Shown piece by piece: positions 1 to 13,600 of a stretch of DNA of 64,000 nt (within the stretch, counting starts at the first letter, position 1; each line of letters opens with the position of its first letter). Origin of the DNA: Takakia lepidozioides (lineage: Eukaryota; Plantae; Bryophyta). The stretch covers positions 20,956,001 through 21,020,000 of the forward strand of contig CM060731.1 in NCBI GenBank assembly GCA_030704615.1, read 5' to 3'. The notes below the pieces were generated by a model that had not been told where the DNA came from, searched no databases, and was given only the letters and a program-made list of their open reading frames with translations. A program made the position numbers and the translations under genes.

Positions 1-149
1 TTGAAACAAAAAATTATAATTAAAATAGCATGCCAAAAATTCACCATATTATAAAATTATGTAATTATAGGGTACCAAAAAATACCCAAAGTAAAAATAA
101 TACCCCCCTACAAAATACCCATTTATCTCACGTGCCCTATACAAGTGAT

Positions 150-2760
150 AGGGAATGACTTCCCCGGGAGAGGGAGCAGGAGCAGAAACTGCCATAGGAG
201 GGGCCACAATGGCTTTGACCATTTTTAACCCAGCCATTTGAACTTGAATGCAGTACTAAACAAAGGTAGTGGAGATGGAGCCTTCGAAATGTCATGTATC
301 GTTGATCCAGACCTCATCCTTCAGGGCCGAGTTGATCAGCAAAGAATCATAGTTAATGACCGGGATTACAAAAACAGTGGTGGAAGTGGGTTGAAGATTG
401 TTATATTCCTCGGAGAATGTACAGAAGTGGATGATAGTGTCATTAGATAGAGAATAGTGATGGAGAAAAGAGAAAGTTTCAGAGATTTTAGAGAGCACCA
501 ACGCCACCTCGTGGTCATCAGCCCGTCATCAGCAAAGTCTGTCTTGTCGACAATGGAAGCCCAGGAGCCCACAAAATCCGTTGGTCCCTCCGTCTGGAGA
601 TACTGAAACCTCCCACCATTGAGGGAACAGAACAAGAAAGGAGTGATATTAATAGCAGCAAAACCAGGCTTGGAAATTTCCTCATTAGAAGACAGAGCGA
701 AGACTTTCACCTCAGAGAAGGATCTAAGTTGCAAACACCTAGAAGCATGGTTATTGGTAGAAGTCAATCCTGGCGGGAGAGGATAGATAGCACGCCTAGG
801 GATAAAGGACAGAGGTTTACCCACGGATCTTGGCAGTAGCACCACCTTTGGAGAAATGAACTCAACCCTAGCAGTTTGTTGGCTAACTAGGGTCTTCAGG
901 CGCTTTGGAGCCGGAGCACCCTCAGCGGCTGGGGGAAAAGAAGACTCAGAAACCTTTGATTGCAAGTGCCCTAAGAAGAGAGGCAGGGGGTGAATTGTGA
1001 AGGAGCACCGTCGCTACATTTTCCAATTTGAGGAGTTGGAGCCGAGGCTTCCGCAGTCCTTGAGTTGTCCCAGCTTTTTCTCTTCAAGACCGGACAATCC
1101 GCCTTTACGTGCCCTGTACCATGACAAGAGTGACCGATTATGTTAACCGGCTCCTCCTTAATAAGGACAATGATGAACGAATTATCAAGCGTAGGGAGCT
1201 TGATGGAGGCCGGAAAGTAGTCTTCTCAAACATCATGATCACAATACAAGGGACCCCCACATCTCTCTAGGGGGTGTGATCCATAGGCAGATTGTCACCT
1301 TCAAACTTAGTTTATGCAACCAATGTAGCTTCCAAAGATTGCTCCAATCTCAAGAAGAGATCCCAGGTAATTGCTAGGAAGAACATGAGGAGCAAGAATG
1401 TGGGGTTTACAAGAGACCTCCCTTATGACGCCAACTGGGAGACCATGGGAAGATAAACACCCGACACCTTGATCTATAGATATTGAAAGCCAAAGCTTTG
1501 GCTGCAGCCTCAACATTGGAGAACATCACAGAAAAAAAACCACGGCCCAAAGAGTGACAAAATTGTTGATGCAGGTCCCCCTCATTACCCAGGTACTCAA
1601 TATTGATCTAGGATCTCATCCACGCCCTATTCCTTGGGCGACCTGGGAAGTGCAAAAGAATCCCCAGTTTTTCCATAAAGACAGTGTCAGCATTAAAATG
1701 ATCCATGTTCAAGGCAGTGATCGGATAAAGGGAATCATCAACTGGGGGACCATCCGCATTCCAAAGCAATCCGTCAACGTCTAGCACTAGCACATCAGGC
1801 TTAGAAGCTGAAGGGCCCACTTCGAGGATAGAGGGAAGAACTGCGGCCTGGGCGGCTACCGCTTCTCTGGAGAGGGTCCATACCTTCTTCCCTTTGGAAC
1901 CTCTACCATCACCCCCACGTTTACCAGCTCTTGAGGAGTCCCCTCATAAAGCCATGGAGCAAGAGAAAAAGAGAAAAATTGTAACAAGCTGTGAAAAGAA
2001 GAGCATAGCAAAATGTGGGAGGGGCTCCACGGGGAGAGAGAAACACGACTGGCAAGGAGGGGGCCCAGCGATTGAATGTGTAGCGGCCAACAGCCGGGAG
2101 GAAAGCGCCAGAATCAACTTCCCGACAAGCTTGGCGCAAAGAGCGAATAGCTCAAGAGACTGGGGACATAGAACTTCATGGAATCTGAGGTAGGAAGTAG
2201 CAGTCTCAAAGGCCTCGAGACTAAAGGAACAAGTCCCCAGGAGAACAAGGCCCCTTCAAGGAGGCCAGGGGCAAAGAAGAGCTAAAACAGACATCGGAGG
2301 CAGGAGACTCTCGAAGAGAGTAATAAATCAAATTGCCAGCAAAGAGCCAGAAGATCACCACAAGCCTCTAGACGAGGCAAGCATTACGAGAGGAGAGCGC
2401 GAAAAGCTAGCCATGAACTCATTCAATGCTGCAGCATCACTTGGATCTAAAGAGTACAAGTTCTGAGATGGTTCAAATGTCATAGTCATTGTTGATATTA
2501 TGGTCTCAACATCAATTATCAATTTCACGACTCCAAAGGAACATGAGGGAAACCCTTGCAACTTGAGGATAGGAGGAACGAGAACCAAGAAGAGCAGAGC
2601 AATAACAAGCGTTGACCTGTCAAATTAAGGAGGAAGAGACAGAAATGGGTAAACAGGCACGATAGACGGGAAGCATAGAAGAGGAGAAGCTCCGAGCACA
2701 ACAAACCGGACCTCGAAACGGTGCTAAGTCCCAGTTTCCCTCACCGCAGAATGTAGAGCA
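150..2760 (-). mobile_element. Degenerate L1-like LINE, 5' part (ORF1 with DUF4283-like region and zinc knuckle)
   Basis: Minus strand 1400-1710 translates LGILLHFPGRPRNRAWMRS*INIEYLGNEGDLHQQFCHSLGRGFF...IFPWS, homologous to ORF1 of the LINE at 24494 (NILVHFPGRK...GPGELQHQFCNDEGRGFY...IFPWS). A degenerate CCHC knuckle (GHSCHGTGHVKADCP) lies at ~1090-1135. Stops and frameshifts are present; ends are approximate. Confidence 0.7.
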
Positions 2761-2955
2761 CATGCCACAAACCCTACATGGCGGCCTTGCCTTTTTTTTT
2801 TGACTCCACCGGCCTATTCATCTTACTCAACCGCCAACATTCTAAAGTATTTAATAGAGAATAGAGGGTAAGAGGGGGTGGGGAGGATTGGATAAGGGGC
2901 CGTCGGAGGAGCTGATGTGGCCCGTGAAATGAAAATGCACTTGGTGACCAAAACT

Positions 2956-3218
2956 GCAAAAATAATTCAGATTGAGTTTCTCTAGCAAAACTATCATTTT
3001 GTCGCTAACCAAACCCTCTCCTAAACTCGATGTATCATTCCGAGTACTCCTCACATGCCCAATGTCCGCTCGCTCCTATGACACTTGGTGAGCAAAAATA
3101 ATTCAGATTGAGTTTCTCTAGCAAAACTATCATTTTGTCGCTAACCAAACCCTCTCCTAAACTCGATGTATCATTCCGAGTACTCCTCACATGCCCAATG
3201 TCCGCTCGCTCCTATGAC
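2956..3218. repeat. Tandem duplication of ~127 bp (period 136)
   Basis: 2956-3082 and 3092-3218 read identically (GCAAAAATAATTCAGATTGAG...CGCTCCTATGAC). Confidence 0.9.
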
Positions 3219-4655
3219 CGTGAGTAAAAATCATAACACCCCCATGATTCTGCTTTGTGTTCACGTGAGTATGCAGCCACGATATCAACCCCACTTTGTG
3301 GGTAACAATGGACAACCAAGTTGTAGCCAAGTGCTAATGGGCACATGCCACCTCGTAAGGGGTTGTGGGTTCAATCGTTCAAATCCACCAATTGGAGTCA
3401 CAAAGGTGTCCACCTTCAGGCCGGTCGGAAGCTGGCAATAGCCCTTGAGAGCCATGCGGCACCATAATTTACGCTTCCTTGGGGGCGTCATATATTATTG
3501 GGTCACCAGAAGTAATGGGAAAACTCGGTCATGAAAGGCCTGAGTCAGAGAATAGGTGGGAGGAGCCAATGGGGAGCTTGCAATAGAAGTGAGGGAGTTA
3601 GTGTACAAGTGTCAAGCGGTTGGAGTAGGGATTTCTGGGGGTGACAACTGGCGGCGGAGAAGCTTGCCAATTCCATCCACACTTGTCCTGAACTAATTCA
3701 CTTACCAATAGAGAATATGCGTTCTATATTGGAGAACCCTTTTTGGCCGAAAAGATCTCATTAGCCAATGACTTCCTGACTTCATAGCCCGACGGTAGAG
3801 TATAAAAATATTATAGAAAGAAAAGAAGAAAAACAAGACAGTAGTAGAGCATAAAAAGATGATAGAAAGAAAAGAAGAAAAACAAGAAAAAAATATGAAT
3901 TTTTCTCCCCTTTTGTTTAAAAAAGAAGAAGGAAAAAAATATAAAAGATGGGCGTCCAGTTTTCAAGTTGTCACAGAGGGCAGGTCTCTTGTTGTGCGTG
4001 TCGGGGGTCCGAAGATATAGGTGTCACGGGTGTGTGGCCTGGCGGGTGATGACTGGAGCAGGTCCATAGCTCTCGCCTTGCCGAGGACAAACTAATCGAC
4101 CGTTTAGAGAGTGGGTTGTCGATCACCCAGGTATCAAAGCTTGTGGTCATGGCAATTCGTTTTTGCCCGTTTTCCTGTCTTTGAGCTGTTTTGCTGTTGC
4201 AGCTGACAATTCGCCGGGTTTGCTGCTGTAGACAACTTCTTGTTTGGGCTTTGATGACTTTTGTACAATTCCTGTAAAGCTTTATGAAAGGTCAAATTAC
4301 TACGTGACTGTACATTAATAATACGGATCTCTAACGGGAGAAGTAACACCCAATAAGAAGAGCCTTGTCCTCTGTGGAAGAGCTTCGTCTGTCACGTTGA
4401 GGAGAATTGAAATTGGGAAGTTTGGATATGACAGTTGGGTAGTTGGAGCCTCCCCTAGCATTTAGTCCATATCCCTCCGCTCTGCCTGGGCGATTTCCAA
4501 TCTTTTCTACTCACATATCCAATGCTGGGTGCAGTGGCTTGCGGATTGTTTTTCAGGGAAGGTCTGTAGTAACTAGAAATTGCCATATCCCGGTTTTTGG
4601 GGCCGAATGTGGTCGGGCTGATTGAAGGTGATAGTGCAACAAAGGAGCTTGGCCG

Positions 4656-7600
4656 ATGGAATTAAAAAGGATTAAAAAGCCGTTGCGCAGCAGATGCATC
4701 CGCAGTAAATATGTCATTCCTCCGGCCAATCGTTGTTACAGGTCTACTGCCACTATCCCTATCCAAATTCGTGTAATGGTATCAGCTTTTCACAAAGATG
4801 CTTACAATGACAATGTTTTGGAACACTCGCTCCTAGAGTAGCAGGGTATCTCATCCTAAGAGCCATGTGAAAAAACAGAGACTATAAAAGCCTCTTGAGA
4901 CAGCAACGAAATGAAGATTGTAGTGATCTCAACCATGGTATTGTAATCTAACATGCAATTTGGAAGCCATTCTGTTTTGCCTCACAGGCACATGTTTTTG
5001 GCATCTTCTCTCCATCTGATCTATATAATGTGGGTTAGTTTGGCTTTTCAAGTTTTCTCTGTGAGAGATTGTACTCATAAGACGTTGTTTGCCGTAGCCT
5101 TGTGGCCATTGACCCCGCGCCCAGTTTGAGCGGGAACAAAAGGGACAGAACCTACCTCTGTCAGGGACTGACGTTGGTAGTAAGACTTACCTCCATATAA
5201 AGAATTAATCCGGGGTTTCCAGATATCCTCTAGAAATCCCTTCACACAAGCATCAATCTGCTGTGTGTGATTTGCCCAAAAACTAGGCCTCAGGAGGGCC
5301 TGGGCTTTTGGCTCAGCCTCGAGACTTTCAAAGTTGGTAAACAGGGGTACAGGCACAATTCCCTTAATAGATTTGAAGAGAGAGTCTCTTTGGTGAGAGA
5401 ACCCCGGACAGTGTATCAGAAAATGAATACAACGGGCAATTGCACTCTCCCTTTCCTCTCTGCTTCTGTTTGCTGTTCAAAGGTAGGCTTCCTGCCCTGA
5501 GTTTAAATTTCAGTCTAGTGCCGAGAGTGGGTAGACCCTTGAGGTCATCCAAGATGTCCTCCCCCATGTCACAGACTGGAAACAAGTTCAGGGAAGTTTT
5601 CTGCCTAACTTCATTTTCATCAGACAATCTCATGGCAACAGACATGGCTGAGGACACTACAGCCCTCTAAGTCAGATTTATCCAGCAGGGTCAAGACTTG
5701 CGGATCCAGGTCCAGGTCCTTGAGAATCTCTTCTACTCTCTTCTGCCAGGACTTAGCCTGTTTGACAGGGCGGTCCTGTTTCCAAGATATAGAGTTGATT
5801 AACTTAGGATATCTGGTGTTGGGCATATGTTGCAGCTGACCCCACCATCTGACCTTGAATTCGTCTCGTCGGGAGCTTAAGGACGGAATGCCAAACTCAC
5901 CCCGAACAGCCACATTGGCTGTTTTGGAGCATGCTGACATACACTCCTTAAGCACCCCCACTTGAATGGATTCTAGAGACTTAGCCTGGTTGGAGTTATC
6001 AACCCATATAGCAGATCCGTACTCCAAGGCAGGTCTAATAACGCGACAAAGCATGGTTTTCTTAACCTCAGAGTTGACCCCTCTGCAGTGGAAAAATTAA
6101 GTGAGCCCCAGAGCTTTGCCCTTGCCAGTTTGAACAACTTTCCGGATATGTGCATCCCAATTACAATTGGAGGAGAACTCAACGCCCAGGTAAGTGTAGG
6201 AAGGGAGGACCGGGATCTCTTGGCTACCCCACTGCCACTTAAGATCACTTCCTCCCTCTCCTCTGTCGTTGAATGCTACCACTGCACATTTGCTGACAAT
6301 AGCCTCTAGCCCCCAAAGATCAAAGTATCTCTTCGCGCAATCAATCAACTCCTGGAGATTGGTTGGAGTCTCCCTATGCCTGCGAAGTCATCCGCAAACA
6401 TAAGGGCTGGTATGGTGGTATCACCCACCCTTAACCCAAATCCCTCACTTTCCACATCCTCGAGGAGTTGATTGATGAAAACATTGAAGAGCAGAGGGGA
6501 GAGAGTACAACCTTGAGCTACACCTTGGTCTATGTCAAAGAAGTTGGACTTCTGTCCGTTAACAGTGACACAGCTTTTGGTGTGAGCATACAAGTTGTGG
6601 ACAACTCTCCACATCTTTCCCTTGATCCCACAAGACCAGAGGCGGAACCATAGGCCATCTCTCCACACTGTGTCATAAGCCTTTTTGACATCCAGGAAAA
6701 AGACATAAGTGGGTTTCCCTTCTTTTTTCCTTCCCTGGATAATCTGGCTTAGAGTGAAGATATGATCCACACAGCCCCTGTTTCGCCGAAAGCCAGCTTG
6801 GCCTTCGTGGAAACAACCTCTAGACTCCAGATCAACCTCGAGACGAGTACTTATAACTCTGCAGAATGTCTTGCCAACAGCATTGAGGAGCGTGATGCCA
6901 CGGTAGTTCCCGGTTCTTCTCTGTCACCCTTCTTGTATAGATTGACAATGACCCCCTGTCGCCAGCGAAAGGGGATCATTTCAGTCTTCCAGATAAGGTT
7001 AAAGAGGAGAACTAGGGCCTCTATCATGGGATCGCCACCGTGCTTGATAAGCTCGTTGACAATACCATCAGGTCCACCAGCTTTATATCCATTTAAATGT
7101 TCAATTGCTTCCACAATCTCAGAAGAACTAATGGGAGCATTATAAGCCATTGAAATATACTCCAGTTCATCAGGGCTGTTTTGAATCATAGGGACAGTTT
7201 TTCCAACTGTGTCCCTCCATTCAGCAGAAGACCCCTCACTGTTAGACCTAGAAGTTCTGCCAAGGATACTGTAGTGAGTTTCAAAGGTTTTGACAATGTC
7301 AACCGATGAAGTCACCACTGCACCTTTAGTAGTCTTCAGCGCTTGTACTTGCTGACCGTTTTTCGGCTTGTACAAACGTTGAAGGGCCAACCAGAATTTC
7401 TTGTCATTACCACTATTTCTCTGTGAGAGAGAGCAAACTAAAAGAAGGAAATTTATAATGTCCAGGGTTCCTAAGACGTTGTTTGCTGTAGCATTGTGGC
7501 CATATACCCCACCCACAGTTTGGGCGGAACAAGAAGGAACAGACAAGTCTACCTTTGTGAGGGCTCATGGACTAACTTTCGTCTATACAGTTGGTTCAAG

Positions 7601-10600
7601 CTTCGAGATTTCCTCTCCAAAGTCCTTTGTGGCCGCAAAGCATGGAGAGAGAGAGAGAGTGAGAGAGAGCCACGTGAGGGAGCAGAGAGGGAGAGAGACG
7701 TAGAGAGAGGAAGAATTGCGTCTGGGGAAGGCCTAAAGGCCTCAAAGGACACAAGTAGCACAACGCAGGTAAAGCGCAAGAGCAACTGAGATCCTAGACC
7801 AGAGAGAATCTCTTGCCAATTCAACTGGCTTGTTTTTTTCACTGTTACTTCCAGCACTAAATGCACATGCTGCTGATCTATGCAGGTGCTGGGAAATATG
7901 GCTAGTAGTGTTGGTGTTCTATTGGGCATGGGTGTCTCCTTTCGAGGTTGGATTTGTGGAAGATCCAAGAGGCGCCCTTCTAGCGGTGGACTACGTTGTT
8001 ACTGCATTCTTCGGGATTGATATTCTTGTAACCTTTTTCGTAGCTTATCATGATCCAAATACTTTCTTGTTGGTTGACAACTTGACGAAAATTGCACGTC
8101 GGTGAGCATATATTACTTTCCATGTCCCAATTCACATGTGCTGGTGGCTAGCAAGTCTAACTAGGCTGTGAATAATTTTATCATGCGAAAGCCTCTGCAG
8201 TTGCTTGGCAGGATTGGTCCTTGCTTCTCTGACCATAATCTTTGTGCTATGTAGGTATGCCTCAACATGGCTTATATTGGATATTGCATCAACCCTGCCA
8301 TTTGCAGGGATTTCATATATATTTACAAGGGTGTATGGCAGAGGATTGATTTTCAGTATCCTCAACCTACTGCGTCTATGGCGATTGTGGAGAGTCGGTG
8401 ATCTTTTTGCCAGGTAGTTCTAAGAGGAAGGGTTGTACTGTTGATCTAATGCCTTGCAGATTCATGCCTTTAACCACGTGGATCCCCTTCTGGCTGGGTG
8501 ACAATTGTGGAATGTAAAATGTTGTAGTTCTTTCACAGATTAAGCTTTAATATTTACTGGTGACAAACACGAATGTGAGCACCCCCACTTGAGTGGATTC
8601 TAGAGACCTAGCCTGTGTGTTTGTGAGAATGTACTCAGAAGACGTTGTTTGCCGTAGCCCACGCCCAGTTTGAGCGGAACACAAAGGGACAGAGCCTACC
8701 TCTGTCAGGGGCTGACGTCGGTAGTAACGTCGGTAGTAAGACTTACCTTGGTAAAGAACATTGATCCGGGTTTTCCAGATATCAGCCTGGGCTTTTGGCT
8801 CAGCCTCGAGACTGTCTGTGTTTGTGTGTGTGTGTGAGAGAGAGAGGTGCCATAAAGAACTGGGGTGAAAGATGTGCCTGACATTGGTGTGAACTTATGT
8901 TTGCAGATTGGAGAAGGATGTGCGCTGGAGTTATTTTTGGATACGGTTTGTCAAATTATTTCTTGTAAGCCTCTTTTTTTTGTGAATGGATTTGTGTTAC
9001 TCTTGATACGCTCCAAGGACTCAAAGATGAGACACACATACATATACCAACTTCAAACAGGCTCTTGTTTTGCACTCAATAAACTCAGTTATAGATACAG
9101 ATTGCATAAGAGGGAGAAGTTCCAAGTTTTCTTCTATTGGTGTGGACAACTCTACTTGTTTTTTTTGGTTCTCCTCTTTGCATGGGACGGGTGATATTTC
9201 TCAACCTGAGCATTAGCTCTGAGAGGTCTGTTGCATGGTGACATGTTTCCAGGCGACTTTGTGTTATTGTCACTTTTCGGGCTGCATCTATTATTCTCTG
9301 GCTGCTAGATATCGAAGGTCTAAAGAGCAAGAGACATGGTTGGGAGCAGTGCTGCCTGACTTTAGGGAGCAAACCCTTTGGGTCCGCTATGTGAGGAGCG
9401 TGTACTGGTCGGTCACGACCCTTACGACTGTTGGATACGGAGATGTACACCCTGTCAATACAGGAGAAATGGTGTATGGCATCATCTTTATGCTCTTTAA
9501 TCTGGCCTTCCTATCCTACCTAATTGGTAACATGACCAATCTTATCACCCATATGACGGCTCGGACTCGGGAGTATGTGAGTCCCTGTCTACCTCTTCCA
9601 TGAGAACTTCCCTGCCCTGCCCTCTTGTTCGTTCTGTCCTCCCCTTTTCCTGCTTCATCCAAACTGAACTGGTTTATGCTACAATGCTATGCCGACACTG
9701 GCCAGTGAGCATACATTTCTGCATTTGAGCTCATTTTTGTGTTTCTCCTGTTTATCGGTATATATCTTCTACATCCTCTATATCATCATATTTGTATTTC
9801 TTTAGTCAAGGATTACTGATAGAGGGTGCTCTTCCGTCTGCTTTCCTTATGGTTTTGGAGTCCCACCTTGTGTGAGGGTGCCAATTCATATAATCTGTTT
9901 GACAGTCTGTTCTGTGCATGAGCAGTGTGATTCCGTCCAAGCCCTTACGTCTTTTGCAAACCGAAATCAATTGCCTCTAAGACTGAAGGAACAAATGCTG
10001 GAACATATGCGTGTCAAGTTCGAAACTGAGAGCCTTCAGCAAGAACAAACCATGGCCCTTCCCAAAGCCATTCGCTCATCCATCTCACAGCAACTGTTCC
10101 TCTCCACTGTGGAGAGGGTGTACCTTTTCAAAGGCACCTCATACAATTTTCTCACTCAACTGGTGAGTTGGTGGCATTGTTTGATTACTTCCTTCCTGTT
10201 GAGTTTCCTCTGCTGTTGCATTCATAGATGGTCAAATGTTTGTCAGGCTGCAAAAGTGAAGTTGGTAAATGAGGACACAGTAGTGACGAGTGTTGGGTGT
10301 TGGGAAAGGTGACAGAGATGAAGGCAGAGTACTTTCCACCCAGGGAGGAAATCATTCTCCTCAATGAGGCTCCTTCATCGTTTTATGTCCTTGTTTCGGG
10401 GTCTGCGGTGAGTTATGTCATGCTTGTATCATTGATCCAGACGAAGGCTGAGAAGGAGAGAGAAAGGCAAGGCAAGAGAAATGCATGCAAAAAAGTTCTT
10501 CGTTTTGCACATGGACCCTGTGGATGTATGACCTCCTGCTTGGTTATCAGTTACCATTTTGGAACTGCTACAGTGCTCAATTCTAAGACAGAACTTTACT

Positions 10601-13600
10601 CTACCTTACCACAAGTTGCTATCAATGGAAAGGAGATTTAACCTTGTATTATTCCAGTCAGTAAAAGTAAAGAGATCATAGGAAGTTAGCACCCCAGTGG
10701 TATGAGCTCAGTAACACAAGGGTTTGGCAATTTTTAAGACCCTCATTCCCACAAGGGATTTGGGATAGGGAAGAGAGAGATAATTTTTCTTTTATATCAG
10801 TCCACAAGAAAATATTGAATGCCTTCAGCTCCCCTGATAATAACTCTTTCTTTGGAAATGGGAGATCTCATTATGATTGATGGGGGGGCATTGGACTGGG
10901 ATTTTTTCCAGGATGTTCTGATGCAAAAGGGTGCTACTCAGCAGGCAAGTCATTTTTACCATAAAATTTATGATACTTGTTCTCTCATGCCATGTCACAC
11001 TGCCTGACATAGATGATGTAGGATAAGTCAGTCCAATTGTTGGAGAAACTCAAGACAGCTTTGTGGAGTGAGGCACATTGTAGCAGAGGACTGGGCAGGA
11101 GTGTTTTGACAGACTTTCTTTGCACATGTTTTGCAGATTCTGGCGACTGTGCACGCAGGGGATGTGATAGGTGAGATAGGGGTGCTTTGTTACATGCCCC
11201 AGCCATTTACTATCCGCACCCGGGAATTATCGCAGTTGTTGCGGGTAGACAGGAGTATCTTTATGAATGTTGTCCAGACTTTCGCTGCTGATGGACAAAG
11301 AATTGTCGACAACCTTCTCCAGGTTTGGGCCATAGGCCCACCTCCTGTCCACCTGTAGGTCATGGTTTTCAACTATTTCTATCTTAAAAGATGGTTGAAA
11401 AATCACATCTATTCTCTAGGTACAAGATTCAACTGCTTTGGTCAGAATACAGAATCCCTAACCAGAGTTCTTCACAAAATGCTACTTGGTATGTCCATGT
11501 TTGCTGTGCTCTGGAAGCCCAGTGTGAGAGTAATGGAAGGTACTAACCTGTGGAGGACAGCAGTGCAATTGCCTAGGAAAAAAGGTTTGCTCTTTTGAAA
11601 TTTCAAATTTTTTTACACGTAGCCATACTTGGATTCCTGAGGGCTAAAGAGGGCCTCATGCCAATTTGGCTGTTGTCTTATTGACTCCCGTATGCTGCCA
11701 TTGTAGCAAGCTGAATTCATAATTCTTTTGGTGGGCAAAAGCTCCCAAGATTTCACCGCAATGGTTACTTTTGTTTACGGTTTATTGTACTAACCCGAAT
11801 CTGTTGGCTTGAGTGCTGCAGCATTTGAGGGAATCGGATGACCCTCGCTTTCCTGAGCTCTTGTCAGAGATAGAGTCATTACTGGCAGAAGGTGGAGTGG
11901 GAATGAGTCTCAGCCTGTGCTATGTAGCTGCCAAAGGGAATAGCGAGCTCATGGAACAATTACTGGGTCGTGGGCTAGACCCCAACAAACCAGATTACAG
12001 TGGTCGGACACCCTTGGTAAGGAGGTGGAATAGTACTATATTGGTAGCTTCTGGCAGGTTTGTGGCACTGTTCTGATACTGCTAGTGGTGCCCATCTGCG
12101 TAGTTTATTCATGCTGCTAGATGGGCACAGAGATAGATTAGTCATCCTGTGTCCCTCTTTCTCAATCAATCTGTGTCTCTCTGTAGCAAGCAGACTCTAG
12201 TTCAACATTTTTAAAGTTCATCATCATTCTTGCCGCTTGAAGAACTTTCAGAGGCCCCACTGGATGTTCTTGAGAGCAGACTCTAATCTTGTGGACAATT
12301 TCCATGATAAATCAAGCTCCAGGTCATGACAGTGGGTCTGCGGGGCACAGGTTATAGCATCCTCGAAAGGTCACAATGATTGCGTATCACTGCTTCTCAA
12401 CAGTGGTGCTGATGTCAACAGTGTGGGTATGTCTTGTCTTGAGCTTGGATGCATCTTCTTCCCCTCACCTCGAGTTCCTTTCCTCTGTATGCAGCAGTGC
12501 ATTTGTGCCTGTACTTTGAAAGTGAATTAAGAAACTTTGTATCCTTTTCTTTTTGTAAGTTTAATAATCCTAAGGCTGCTTGCCTGCCTGATTTGAACTG
12601 CCCAATTGGGCACTTAAACATGCCATTTGTCTGACTTTAGCCCTTGCTGTACATGTATCAACCCTACGTAACACTCAATTACTCCATAAGGTGAAGGCAA
12701 AGTAAAGATGCGAAGAGATTTTGAAATGTAGAGAGACCTCCATACGAGGATGGCTTAAGTGATGTTCATCCCGTGCAGATGTGGATGGACTGTCTCCACT
12801 AATTGAGGCCCTCATGGCACATGACTCGGCAACAGCAAAGCTGCTATGGGAGAAAGGTGCCCGCTTAACAGCCGGGGGCGGTGGAGGTTTTCTACGTACA
12901 GTGGCACAGGATGGTAATGTAGAGCTTCTACAGGATTATTTAAGCTGTGGAGCAGATGTTAACGAGGAGAATGCAGAAGGCCTAACACTACTTCACCTTG
13001 CAGTTATTCACGCCAATTCGGAACTCGTGAAGTTCCTTGTATCACATGGTGCTGATGTTCACAAGGCAGATAACCAGGATCGTAATCCTCTTGAAATTGC
13101 TCGACAACTTGACGACAGGGAGTTGGTTGTGCTTCTCCAGTTTGGATGTGATTCTGGTGATCTGCAGTCAAATCGATCAACAAAAGGTCCTAAGGGAATG
13201 TATAGAAAAGGCAGCTCACAACATAATGAGGTACAGGTGCTTTATTTAAAGGGTGTGATACTGTTGTGCGTTTGGTATATGCTAGGATTTTGTCATTTCC
13301 TTGTTTAGGATTCTCTGGTGAGGGCACTGATTTGCCTAGACAGCTTGTGTTGGAAAATTGGAATGGGATTTTGGGATTGACACTTGATGTAATGTGTTCA
13401 GCACATTGTCTTCCTCTCTTAAATAGAGCTAGAACTGAGCTGATGGCAGTGTTTTTGTAATTTGGCAGATGGCATTGAGAGAGGACTCTAATAGAAAAAG
13501 GGGTTTGATTAGAAAGTGCTCACCAGGAACTACAACTGTAATGAAACGACAATCAACCTGGGGTCAGGTTCCGGGCTCCCGTGGTCAGAGAGCTCTCAGG

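Noticed and set aside
4130-4140. GGTATCAAAGC resembling a tRNA-Met PBS
   Set aside because: It lacks the leading T, and there is no demonstrable LTR or gag downstream.
7401-7789. Plus-strand ORFs as the channel N-terminus
   Set aside because: They are antisense LINE sequence and GA microsatellite. Exon 4656-4741 supplies the expected [10 protein letters not shown] in phase.
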